This document shows positions 24,026 through 36,949 of a DNA stretch of 64,000 nt, in pieces. The DNA is taken from contig OZ024742.1 in assembly GCA_964016885.1 (NCBI GenBank), positions 352,594,001 through 352,658,000 of the forward strand. Reading direction: 5' to 3'. Under the pieces are notes generated by a model. The model was not told where the DNA came from, did not search any database, and worked only from the letters and a program-made list of their open reading frames with translations. This DNA is from Eledone cirrhosa (taxonomy: Eukaryota). How positions within the stretch are numbered: the stretch's first letter is position 1; each line of letters begins with the position of its first letter. The translations under genes were made by a program, and so were the position numbers.

Positions 24026-26084
24026 CACAGGTAGTTGAATTCACTGCACTTATGACATTCCTACTATTCACATGTCATTTTAATACGCTCCTTATTCTCC
24101 TAATGTACTCAAATCTTATCAACTCCTTCATTTTCTTGTTCTTGATGCCATCTGCCTCCAGACCACCTAAATATTTGTATCCTTCTTCAGTGTCAATTTC
24201 CTTTATCATCTCACCTGTTGCTACCTGGATTCCGTTGCTTCTGCTCAATTTCATCTCTATGACTCCACACTACTTAATACCAAATTTCATACATGTATCA
24301 TTGCTGAAAATACGAACAGTGTCAACAAGTACATCGAACACCTTCTCACTCTTCCCAAAGAGTTTAAGATCGTCCATGAAGAGGAGATGATTGATGGTAA
24401 GCTCTCCTTTTTCCAACTTGTATCCTGCTTTCATTTTTCGCAGTATAAGGTTCAGGGGTATCAGGGCAAGGACAAACAACAGAGGGGACAAACTATCTCC
24501 CTGGAAGATACCTCTCTTGATCTTCAGGCCTCCCAAGGATTCTCCACCCGATGTTAATTCTGTTTTCCAGGACTTCATACTTTTGCTCAACAACTGTCTG
24601 ATGTTATCTGCCACCTTGAAGATATCTAGGTTTTTGGTAATCCAAGAATGAGATACCATGTCGAAAGCCTGTTTGTATTCTATCCATCCCATGGCAAGAC
24701 CAGTGTGTCTCATCTTGCAATTCCTCATTAGCATTTTATCAATAAGTAACTGGTCTATTGTACCACGGGACTTCCTTCGGCATCCCGTCTGGTCGTCCAG
24801 TAACGGGTTGTTTATGTGGAGGTGATGGTATATTTCCTCAGACACAATGCTTGTTAATAGTTTCCACATTACGGACAGACATGTGATAGGTCTATAGTTG
24901 GTACCATCATTACCCTTGATTAGGTCTTTCATTACCAGAACTGTGGTACTTTTTGTCAATCAACCATTCTGGTACCTCACCCGACATCAAGCAGTCATTG
25001 CAAATGATTTCCAATTGGTTAGCTTTTAGGCTTGCCCTTTAAGAGTTTCAACTGTGATACTCAAATAAGTTTGTTGGTGTGCTTGTTCACTATTCTCCTT
25101 TTGTACTGTCTCAATCCACACTGCCTGTTCATTATGTTCAAAATCCTGCTCCCATATTCCTTTCCAAAATGTCTTAGACGGTTCCGCTTCAGGGATCAGG
25201 TCGTTGCCTCTTTCTTTTTCCTACAAGCTGTCCCAACAACATCTTCTGGTTGTTGTCAAACATGCGGCTCTTTCTATACTGACTGACTCTGCTCTCATAC
25301 CGTCTAATGTTTACATACTTTGCTTCAATGCGTTGCTTAAGTTCCTCTATGATAATATTTAGCTTTTCCTCCTAGTTTTGTACTTTATTTCCACTCTATG
25401 TTTAGTGTGTATGTTTTGTAATTTCTCATTTCCTTGATTTGACCATTCATTCGTTCCTTTCACCAAGATTCTGATCTTTTTTGTTTGTTGTTTTCTCTCA
25501 TTGTTATGCTAAGTAATTTCCTCACCGCATTTGCTGTTGCTTTGAAGATATTGTTGCATTGGTGAAGGTTCCTCGCCTCAAAGTATGGGATGACTTTGTT
25601 TACCTTAGCTGTTGTTTCCTTTAACCTTTTACTGTCTACAAATAGGTTTTCCTCTATCATTGTTCATTTCATCTACCACTAAGTTTAGGATATCAACTAA
25701 ATCTTGTCCTAGCCCGTCAGCATTCATTTTCTCAATGGCCCTATCTTTGTTCCAGATGTTATATATTTCAGCAATCAGATCATTGTTTGATTTGGATGTT
25801 TTCTCCTTTCTCTCAACCTCTTGACCTTCATTTCACACTGGCTCATTTGTCTGGCATACTCCACTCTTCATTTCTAACCTAATCTCTCTGTTCAGTTCCT
25901 CCAGTTCCAACACGCTTATCCATTCATTAGTTCTTATTACCCGAGCCTGTCCGGTCAATTTTTGTTCATCTAATTTAAATAGTCCAATCTCGTTCCAGAT
26001 GTTATGCATAAGTTTCCTATAGCCTTTCTCCTTGGGGTTAATCTTCAGCTAACATTCCATGACAGTTCTGTTCAATTCTTTCGT
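24026..26084 (-). mobile_element. R4/Dong-like family X, old copy lacking both ends, with internal deletions
   Basis: NYRPITCL, QGDSLSP, FMDD (24270-24959); N-terminal region collinear with the copy at 32-37 kb. Confidence 0.9.
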
Positions 26085-26105
26085 TATTATTATTATCATT
26101 ATTAT

Positions 26106-26230
26106 GAAAGGCAAAGTTAACCTCAAATCCCAACGAGGTTAACTGTGCCTTTCATCCTTACAGGGTCGATAAAATAAAGTACCAGTAATCTACTGGCTAA
26201 TAGCTAGCCTTGTGCTTAAAGTAGAAACAA
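26106..26230 (+). mobile_element. SINE 3' fragment (family of 22012-22200) within an (ATT)n tract
   Basis: caaatccc..gaggtt..gcctttcatccttac..gtcgataaaata..gtagaaacaattatt. Confidence 0.75.
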
Positions 26231-26247
26231 TTATTATTATTATTGTT

Positions 26248-27976
26248 CTTTGAGTCTCAGTCATTGATGTTAGTTAAGTGGTAAGTTTGTTGAAATGAAT
26301 ATCAAACCTGCAGCCTCAGATATTCAGGACGTATAGGAGGGTTCTTGCTGTTCCCAGCAATCATGCCTTTTGAAGTGTTCCAAAAAGCGGGGCGGGGCCA
26401 ATTTTCTTTAACCATCCCTGGAAACCTTTTGAGATAGTACCTAGTGCGCCTATGACAATCAGGACCACTTTGATTTCATGGCAGTTCAAATCGGTTTTAC
26501 CTCCCACTTTAAGTCCTGGTATCGGTTAATTTTCTCTCTCTCCTTCTCTTGTCTTGCAATCTCGTGTCAAATGGGCAGGCCACATCCACAATCAGGCACG
26601 ATCTTTTTTCCTTGTCCAAAACCACCAGGTCAAGTCTATTGTGTTCCAGTTTCTTGTCCGTCTGTATCCTAAAATCCATAGCACCTTCACCTGATCGTTT
26701 TCTATCACCGACTCTGGTTTATGCTCATACAACTCAGAATGTGGTAAATTGTTTACTTTGCATAGGTGCCAGATCACCCTGCCCATCACATCATGTCTCC
26801 AACCTTTATAGTGAGTTTGGGCTAGGTGTTTTAAGTCGGATACAATGGGAGCTACAGTCTAATCTCTCTCTCCACAGATCCTGCACAGTGGGCTACCCTC
26901 CTCCTTGCAAATATGGTGTTTCAGCCACTTCGTTTTGAGGGCCTGCATTCGTTTTAGCATTCCTTCTGTATCCTTTTTAATGTCTCTTTTCAAACAGTTC
27001 CATGTCTGTGGATCTCTGAATTCATTTTCCTCAAAAAAGGTACTATGAAGGGATTTTCCTGAAGGCTGCTCTTTCTCCTTGTTGTTAATTTCTACTTGAA
27101 AATCTCCTGGTCTATTGTCCTCTCCTTCAGTACAATTCTGAGCATTGACTCCTTACTATCGGTCACGTATTTGTGTAGGTTGTTTTTCTCCATCTGAACA
27201 CAGTCCTCTAAGCTTATAAGACCTCTTCCACCTTCAGATCTTCTTAAATAGAGTCTATCGACATCACTTCTCTTGTGGAACATGTTGTAGATAGTCAATA
27301 GCTTCCTAGTCTTCCTATCGATTTATTTTTGTTCAGCAACATTCCATCTTAGAATTCCCGCACTGTACCTAATAATAGACACAGCTCGGGAATTTAGTGC
27401 ACTTATGGCATTCCTACTGTTCAGATGTGACTTTAATACGCTCCTTACTCTCCGAATGTATTCAGATCTTATCAATTCCTTCATTTTTGTGTTATTGATG
27501 TCATAAGCCTCCAGAGTACCTAAATACTTGTATCCTTCTTCAGTGTCAATTTCCTATATCATCTCACCTGTTGATACCTGGATTCCGTTGCTCCCGCTCA
27601 ATTTATCCATCTTCATCACAAGGACACTAGACTTACTAATACCAAATTGCCTACATATATCATTGCTGAAAATACGGACAGTGTCAACTAGCACTTCCAA
27701 CTCCTTCTCACTCTTCCCGAAGAGCTTAAGGTCGTCCATGAAGAGGAGAAGATTGATGGTAAGCTCTCCCTTTCCCAACTTGTATCCTGCTCTCACTTTT
27801 CGCAGTATAATGGTCAGGGGCACCAGGACAAGGACAAACAACAGACGGGACAGACTATCTCCCTGGAAGATACCTCTCTTGATCTTCACGCCCCCCAAGG
27901 ATTCTCCAGCTGATGTTAACTTTGTTTTCCATGACTTCATACTTTTACTCAACAACTGTCTGATGTTATCTGCCAC
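26248..27976 (-). mobile_element. R4/Dong-like family X, 5'-truncated, decayed
   Basis: RT 27554-27976, RLE remnants, family-X 3' end next to (ATT)n, with (TTA)n on the 5' side as well. Confidence 0.92.
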
Positions 27977-27997
27977 GTTATTATTATTATTATTAAA

Positions 27998-28951
27998 CCT
28001 GGAGACTGGAATGTCTTCAGGCGCTCACAGCCCTCGACCAATCGGGCAATGTGATCGGTGGAAACTCCAACTCGGCGTACTTTAGAGGATTAGTGGAGGG
28101 GAAGAGCGACGACGTACATGGGGAAAATCTAGGCGTCGACGAAAATCAACTAGCCAATCTCTTAGGAAAAACTTTCGGGCCGGGATCTATGGACAACTTC
28201 CAGAAATCTCTGGCCTGGCAGTGCTACCGAGGAGCCTTTCCAGTTCGGGATAAACTCTACAGGCATGGAGGTGCCGTCAGCCGAGCATGTCCGAGATGCG
28301 CGCAGGGCGATGAAACCGTCCTGCACGCACACGTCCAGTGTCCGAAAATTGCTGACTTGTGGGTTTATGTCGAACACCTGCTGTCGCGTGTAGGACGGAT
28401 CCAGCTATCATCTGAGTCAATCGTGGGGATTACCCTGCCCTCCTCCGTTAACCGGGAAGGGCAGGCAGTTTTTATCTGTCTGGTGGCCATGGCGAAAGAG
28501 ATAGTATGGTGGACAAGTTTGAAAGGGCTGAAGACGAGCACTTACCTCTTCGGTGATGCCCTGATTGACTTTTTCAAATTTCATTTGAAAATGAAAATCA
28601 GAGTAGAGAGGGAGGTGCTCTCTTCCCAGCATTTTGTTGAAAGATGGGTGAGAGAAGCAAGAATGGCCCGAGTGAATGGGCCTACTCTGAGTACGTATCT
28701 GTAAATTAAAGGTGGAAACTGGGAGAGGGCACTTGCCTTGGTCGTCAGGGTCACTGTGGCCTTTTATTGGACTTTCTCCACAAATGTTCCTCCGAAGTCT
28801 CCCCACTATTGGGGAATTTTTCATTGTTATTTTTTTGTTACATCCTCTATTTTTGTTTTTTACACGCAGAAATGCCCATTTTTACCGTGCTGTATTGTCC
28901 TACACTGTCCTTAATGTCTACTTTATGTAAACCTTTGTGGTTAATAAAGAA
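27998..28951 (+). mobile_element. 5'-truncated Tx1 copy (A-type 3' end) between (TTA)n tracts
   Basis: ORF 28051-28704 with CPRC..H..C and ARMARVNGPTLSTYL; 3'UTR ends AATAAAGAA. Confidence 0.93.
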
Positions 28952-28994
<43 letters not shown>

Positions 28995-28995
<1 letters not shown>

Positions 28996-31900
28996 AGTTG
29001 CATTTATCTTGCTTTATGTTCATACGAGTTATCACCAAGTCACAACCAGTGACCTCAAGAGACAACAAGGTCCGCCATGTTCAAGAAAGAACATAAATAC
29101 TCACACATGCATCTTTAGTGTTTAGACTTGTGATGTACTTATATTGACAGAATCTTCCTTAGTATATGGGCAGTTGCCATTAGTACTATCTTTTGTATTT
29201 CTCCTATACGCGGGTTTCCTGGGATTTGCGATAAGTAATCATTAGACCCCTTAGGTATCTTCCCAGAGCGCCTACAACCACTGGTATTGTTTTAGTTCTC
29301 AATTTCCACATTTTTCCAATTTCTATCTCCAGGTCCTTATACTTGCTCAATTTTTCAAATGTTTTTATAGATACATTCTTGTCTATTGGAACAGACATAT
29401 CTATTAGCAGGCATACCCTCTTTTTAAAGTCCTTCAATATTATATCAGGTATATTTGCATCTATATTTCGGTCTGTTTGGATACTAAAGTTCCACAAGAT
29501 TGAGATGTGATCTTTTTCATGTATGGGAGGTGGTTGATGCTCCCACCAATTTTTTTGATGGGGCAGGTCAAAATTCTTACACATTATCCAATGTATATAT
29601 TGTGCAGCTCTGTCATGCCTGTTTATGTATTCGGTTGGAGCTATATGACTGCACATTGAAATTATATGGTCAATGGTCTCTGGTTTTGCATACACGGCAT
29701 AATGGGCTGCATCCATTTTTTATTATGTTGGTTTGGTAATTTTTTGTTGGCAGACAATGATCTTGTACTGATATAATCAGTCCTTCAGTCTCCGATTTCA
29801 GTCCAGAGGATGCCAACCACTGGTGAGTTAAAGTTTTGTCAACATCAGGATTGTTAGCTGGTTCTGGGTATTTTCCATACAGAGGCTGTTCTTGCCATTT
29901 CTTAGCCAGTTTCTGTAGCAGTTCTTTCTTTGCAGTTACTTTTACCTGCTTTGCTTTTTCTGAGTTTTCCATTTCAGCAGTAAATGGGACTTCTGAAATT
30001 TGTAGTCTATTACTGTATCTTTGTGCATCTTTTGTAATGGAGTATGATCTTTTGATGCTTTCGTGTTTCAAAACGAGTTTGATCATCCAATCATGTGATT
30101 CCCTTAGATATGTAGATAATCCAATTGTTGCAGTTTTCAACGCAACGTCTAACTGGATTAACCCACGTCCTCCTTCTTTCCTAGGGAGATATATTCTATC
30201 TGTATCTGCCTTAGGGTCATGCATTCTGTGCATGGTTAAGAATTTTCGAATTTTTTTATCGAGCCTACGGATCTCTGTGCTTGACCAGTTGATGACATTG
30301 TAACTGTAGGTTACTACTGGTATGGCAAGCGTGTTTATGGCATCGATCCTATTCCTTGCATTCAATTCCGTACTTAAGATTGCTCTTACTCTGCGGTAAC
30401 ATTCCTTCCTTATCCTTTCCCTCATTGTCGAATGCTTGATTCCGTCTCCTTCACAAAGACCTAGATATTTGTAAGTTTTTTCTTGATCAAGTTCTCTTAT
30501 CACGTTCCCCCGATCAAGATTAATGTCTGAACTCTTCAGCAGCTTACCTCTGGTGAACATTGCTTTGGCGCCTTTATCTAGTCCAAACTCCATTTTAATG
30601 TCATCACTGAACTGCTCCACATTGGATAATAGCCCTTGCAATTGTTCATCATTTTTTGCAAATAGTTTCAGGTCATCCATGTAGAACAAGTGATTAATGG
30701 TTTTGTCATAGACTCTATATCCATGTTTCATTGAGCATTTTACTTAATGGTATAAGTGCGATGCAGAATAAAGGCAGTGATAAAGAGTCACCCTGAAACA
30801 TTACACAGTTAATATTAATTTCTCCAGCTTCCAGTGATTTTGTTTCACTATTCAAAAGGAGTGTCGTTTTCCACGTCTTCATACTGAATGACAAAAACTC
30901 CTGACAACGGGGGATATTTTGAAAATCTCTAAACATTTTTCAATCCAACTGTGTGGCAAACTGTCGAATGTTTTTTTATAATCTATCCAAGCAATTGATA
31001 GATTTGTGTGTCTATCATGACCATCTTCCAGTATCATTTTGTTAACCAGAAGCTGATCCTTACAGCCATATGAGCCTCGTTTACACCCTTTCTGCTCAAT
31101 GGGAAATAGGTCATTTGTTATCAGGTGGTGATATATATATTCAGTTAGGACTGATGTTAAAATTGTATACATTGTGGTCAAGCAAGTTATCGGTCTGAAA
31201 TTTCTGGGATTGTTTGTCTCATCATTCTTCGGAAGAAGGAATGTAATGCCGTTAACTAGCCATGATGGTATCTTTTCTGGCTCCTTAACTATTTCATTGT
31301 AAAGTTGGGCTAACAGCTCATGAGACTCTGTGAAGGCATTTATCCAAACATTTTGTATTTTGCCTTTTCCTGGGGATTTCCATTTGCTGGTCTTTCTAAG
31401 AGCTCAACGCAACTGTTCAACTGTTATATTTTCCCATATTTGTTCTTCAAGGTGAGCTGTATCTTTCATTTGTCTGTCTGTCCATGGGGCATGTATGTTA
31501 TGAACTTTTTCTTCGGACTAGATCTTTTTCCAGAATTCTTGCACTTCCTCCTTGGGTTGTATTGATTGACCAATTGTTGACTTACCAATTTTTCTGTAGA
31601 AGTTGTTTTGGTTGTTTTTGAACATTTTATTGTCCTTATAGAATCTATATCGTTTTTCAAAGCGCCTTATACGAGCAGCTTTGGCAGACACTTTTTGCTT
31701 CATTATTTCTATCAGCATGTCTATGTCACTTGTTGATTTTATACTGTACTTTCTTTTCAATTTTCTAAGATTAGTTTGTTTAACATGTTCACCTACTTTA
31801 TAGTTTGTTAAAATTTCTATGTCACATCGGAGAAGGTTTATTTTGCGATTGATGTTCTCTTGCCAAGTAGATTTCTTGTGGGAATTCCTTTGTGTTTTCA

Positions 31901-32274
31901 TCTTCACTCCACATAAGTGAGTGGTGACTTTAGAGATGATTTGAATCAGTAATGTTTAGTTTGTTTGTGATGATAATGTTTTTGAGAATTATGTTAGTCT
32001 TGTGTATTATCTTTTAGTTCTGTTTGGAGTTCTGGATCTTAGGGAGGGTGTCTCGTTGCCCCATGTCAGATTCTTTCATTTTCATCCATTCGATCATAAT
32101 TTCATCCTTCAAGTTGGCAAGTTCATTCTCATTCATTTCTTTATCATTTACGATCTCATTATTTTCATTTGGTGTTTCATCTTGAGCATCCACTCCCTCC
32201 ACTTTTTCGATCCTTTCTTTAATTTGTTCTGTTGCCAGTGATTCCGCCCCAACCCTGGGATTCGAAGTGTTACA

Positions 32275-32277
<3 letters not shown>
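28995..32277 (-). mobile_element. R4/Dong-like RLE retrotransposon, family Y, 5'-truncated, frameshifted
   Basis: EQKGC, QGDSLS, YMDDLKL, YKYLG, CRVC..H..C, PDIILKD..IDMSVP..EK..KY. Distinct 3'UTR; (TTA)n on both sides. Confidence 0.93.
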
Positions 32278-32310
<33 letters not shown>

Positions 32311-32323
32311 AATTATTATTATT

Positions 32324-35300
32324 CCTTGAATCTCAGTCATTGATGTTAGTTAACTGGAAAGTCCGTTGGAATGAATATCAAGCCACAACCCTCAGCCTCA
32401 GATATTCAGGACGTATCGGAGGGTTCTTGCTGTTCCCAGCAAGCATGCCTTTGAAGCATTCCGAAAAGCGTGAAGGGGCCGATTTTCTTTAACCATCCCT
32501 GGAAACTTTTGGAGATAGTCCCCAGTGCGCCTATGACAATCGGGATCACTTTGACTTCATGGCAGTTCCAAATCCTTTTTACCCCCCACTTTAAGTCCTG
32601 GTATCGGTTAATTTTCTCCCTCTCCTTCTCTTGCACTCTCGTGTCGAATGGGCAGGCCACATCCACAATCCTGACACGATCTTTTTTCTTTGTCCACAAC
32701 CACCAGGTCAGGTCTATTGTGTTCCAGTTTCTTGTCCGTCTGTATCCTAAAATCCCACAGCACCTTCACCTGATCGTTCTCCATCACCGCCTCTGGCCTA
32801 AGCTCATACCATTTCTCAGAATGTGGTAAATTGTTTACTTTGCACAGGTGCCAGTGGATCACCATACCGTCACATCATGTCTCTAGCCCTTATATTGGGT
32901 CTGGGCTAGGTAGTTTACTCTCGGATCCAATGTGAGCCACAGTCTCCTCTCTTTCTCCACAGATCCTGCACAGTGGGCTAGCCTCCTCCTTGTAAATATG
33001 GTGTTTCAACCACTTCGTTTTGAGGGCCTGCTCCTGCGCAGCCATTAACATTCCTTCTGTAGCCTTTTTAAGGTCTCCTCTTCTCAACCAGTTCCATGTC
33101 TGTGGATCTCTAAATTCAGTTTTCTCAAAGAAGGTACTATGAAGGGATTTTTCCTGAAGGCTGCTCTTTCTCCTTGATGTTATTTCCTCCTTGGACATCC
33201 CCTGGCCTATTGTGCCCTCCTTCAGTACAGTTCTGTGCATTGGCTCCTTACTATCAGTCACGTATTTGTGTAGGTTGTTTTTCTCCATCTGAACACAGTC
33301 CTCTATGCTGATAAGACCTCTTCCACGCTCAGATCTCCTTAGGTAGAGTTTATCGACATCCCTCCTCTTGTGGAACATGTTGTAGATAGTCAATAGCTTC
33401 CTAGTCTTCCTATCCATTTCTTTTTGTTCAGCAACATTCCATCTCAGAATTCCCGCAGTGTACCTAATAATAGACACAGCTCGGGAATTTACTGCGCTTA
33501 TGGCATTTCTGCTGTTCAGATGTGACTTCAATACGCTCCTTACCCTCCGAATGTATTCAGTTCTTAACAACTCCTTCATTTGTTTGTTCTTTATGCCATC
33601 AGCCTCCAGAACGCCCAAATACTTGTATCCTTCCTCAGAGTCAATTTCCTTTATCATCTCACCTGTTGGTATCTGGATTCCGTTACTTCAGCTCAACCTA
33701 CCCCTCCACATCACAATGACTCCACACTCACTAATACCAAACTGCATACGTATATCACTGTTGAAAATACGCACATCCAACTCCTTCTCACTCTTCCCGA
33801 AGAGCTTAAGATCGTCCATGAAGAGGAGGTGACTGATGGTAAGCCCTCCTTTTCCCAACCCCTATCCTGCTCTCACCTTTTGCAGTACACTGGTCAGGGG
33901 CATCAGAGCAAGGACAAACAACAGAGGGGACAGGCTATATCCCTGGAAGATACCTCTCTTGATCTTCACGCTTCCCAAGGATTCTCCAGTTGATGTCAAC
34001 TCTATTTCCCAGTACCTCATACTCTTGCCCAACAACTGTCTGATGTTATCCGCCATCTTGAAGATCTCCAGGCTTTTTGTGATCCAAGAATGAGGCAGCA
34101 TGTCAAATGCCTTTCTGTAGTCTATCCATCCCATGGCAAGATCAGTGTGTCTCCTCCTGCAATTCCCCATTACCATCTTATCAATAAGTAACTGGGCCTT
34201 TGTACCACGTGACTTCTTTCGGCATCCTTTCTGTTCGTCCGGTAACAAGCTGTTTGTGTGGAGGTGATGTTAGATTTCCACAGACATTATTCTTGTCAAC
34301 AGTTTCCACATTACGGACAGACATGTAATAGGTCTATAGTTGGTAACATCATTACCCTTCATTCTGTCTTTCATTATCAGAACTGTGGTACCTTTTGTCA
34401 ACCACTCTGGTACCTCACCTGACATCAAGCAGTCATTGAACATGGTTGTCAGTTTCGGGTGGAGGGATGTTATATTTTTAATCCAATACCCCTGCACACC
34501 ATCTGGGCCTGGTGATTTCCAGTTGGTTAGTTTGTTGGCCTGCCCCTTAATAGTTTCAACTGTGATACACAAATCAGTCTGTTGGTGTGCCTGCTCACCG
34601 ATCTCCCACTGTACTGTCTCAATCCACCCTGCCTGGTCATTATGTCTAACATCTTGCTCCCATATTCCTCTCCAGAATGTTTTAGTTTGTCCGCCACAGG
34701 GATCAATTCGTTGCCTCTTTCTTTCCCCTCAAGCTGTCCAAACAGCATCTTCTGGTTGTTGTCGAATATGCGGTTCTGTTTATACTGACTGACTCTGTTC
34801 TCGTATCGCCTGATTTTTGCACTCTTTGCTACAATGCGTTGCTTCAGTTCCTCTATGATAATATTTAGTTTTTTGCTCCTAGTTTTGTACTTTATTTCCA
34901 GTCTATTTTTAGTGCCTATGTTTTTTAGTGTCCCATTCAGTATTGACTCAAGCTTTCCAATGTCATTTCTCATTTCCGTGATTTGACCTCTCAGTCGCTT
35001 CTTCCACCAAGGCTCTGCTCTTTCCTGTCTGTTGTTTCCTCACGCTTTTATACCAAGTAGTTTCCTCACCGTATTTGCTGTTGCTTTGAGGATATTGTTG
35101 CACTGGTGAAGGCTCCTCGCCTCAAGGTATGGGATGACTTTGTTTACCTTAGCTGTGTTTTCTTTTAACTTTTTCCTGTCTACAAATCTTAGGTTCATAG
35201 GTCTCCCACTATCATTGTTCAATTCATCTACCACTAAATTTAGGATGTCAACCGAATCTTGTCCTAGCCCGTCAGCATTCATCTCCTCAGTGGCCGTATC

Positions 35301-36925
35301 TCTGTTCCAGGTATTATTTATCTCAGTATTCAGATCATTGTCTGCTTTGGGTGGTTCCTCCGTTCTCTCGATCTCTTCACTTTTATTTCCCACTGGCTCG
35401 TTTGCCTGGCATACTCCACACTCCATCTCCAAGCTAATCTCTCTGCTCAGTTCCTCCAGTTCCAGCTCGCTTATCCACCCATTAGTTCTTATTACCCGAG
35501 CCTGCCCGGCCAATTTTTTTCATCTAATTTAAATAGACCAATCTCGTTCCAGATGTTATGCATCCGTCTCCTATAGCCCCTCTCCTTGGGGTTACTTTTC
35601 AGGTAACATTGCATAACAGTTCTATTCAATTCTTTCGTCCAGTTCGTTCTGGTCCCTTTCCTTCTTCTTCTTCCTCCGACACCAGCAGTATTGGTTGACA
35701 GCCAGGTTCCTGCTGCTGAGCCAGGGAGCACCTGCTGGGTGAGAGTCTGTCACATGTCGTTCTCGTCTCCATTTCACCGTTATTCGAACTGTTTAGGTTC
35801 GATATTTAAACACTCTTATCGAGGATTGGCGAATGTATGGTTACATAACCATCTGTGGATTCACCGTCTCCGGTGGTTGCGTCGCTCCACTTGGCTCTTG
35901 TGTGGAATTATCAACACGCTGTAGACGAACACAAATAAACAAACAAACAAACAGGCAGAAAAAAACCTAAAAATGAATAAGCATAAGTTTCATTGTAATG
36001 TACTGTTCGAATGTCTGACTTAGTTTTTCCCTTCTCTTCTCAGTCTGTCCGCTTGTTTCTCTCTTCATTCTTATTTTCTTTACGTTTTTTTTGTTTTTGT
36101 TTTTCTCTGTGTGTTTGTTTTTTGTTTTTTTGTTGTTGTTGTTGCTGTGCTGCTTTGGTTTTGATTTTTGTTTTTTTTTCTTTTGAGTCTATCTATATAT
36201 TTTGATGCCTTCCTCTTTTTTAGTAGGAATTCTAAAATGTGGTGGCAGTGCTGTGCTAGCAGCAACTAGCAGGAAGCAATGGGAGAGAATAGCGGCGGTA
36301 GCGATACTGAGACAGTGGTGGTGGTGATGTCGATAATGAGGCAGTGGTGGTGGTGATGTGATCGTGTTTCTGTAGTGATGGTGTTGTAGCGGTGGTAGCA
36401 ATGAAGGAGTGGTGGCGGCGGTGTTGGGATAGTGGTAGTAATGGTGGATGGGCGGCGTTGTCGTTACTGATGTCCGTTCGGTGAATTTATGGGGTTAGTC
36501 GCGTACATGTGTTGACATAAATTCTCTTAATGTTGGAATTAAACATTTTGTTAAAACTTGGGACAATAATAATAGTATTTATTATTATCATTATTATGTT
36601 GAGATTGGTTGTGGTGGTGGTGAAGTTGCCGTTATCAGTCTGCTGTGTTTAGTGTAAGCAGAGAAGTGATGGGGTAGGTGGTGTATCTAGTTTCTGGTGT
36701 TGGTGAGATTGGTGTTGTTTGGCTGTTCTATATAGTATAGACAGAGGAGGGGGGTTCTTCTTCTTCCATTTATAGCCATTTTCTTTTCTTGAATATACAA
36801 TGTACAATACAAAGTTGAATATTTGAATATTTGAGCCTTATAACAATATATTTTGGGTCCGAATTTTTTTGGGGCTCAAGCCGGATGCTTTACGTAACAT
36901 TTGTACTAAGAGTTGTTATTTCACA
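32324..36925 (-). mobile_element. R4/Dong-like family X, apparently full length (~4.6 kb), frameshifted
   Basis: N-terminal WTKELN..VMQCY..GYRRRM domain, RT, CCHC, RLE. The ~1.2 kb leader ends in the same terminus that recurs at 38537-38774; (ATT)n on both sides. Confidence 0.93.
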
Positions 36926-36949
36926 ATTATTATTATTGTTATTGTTATT

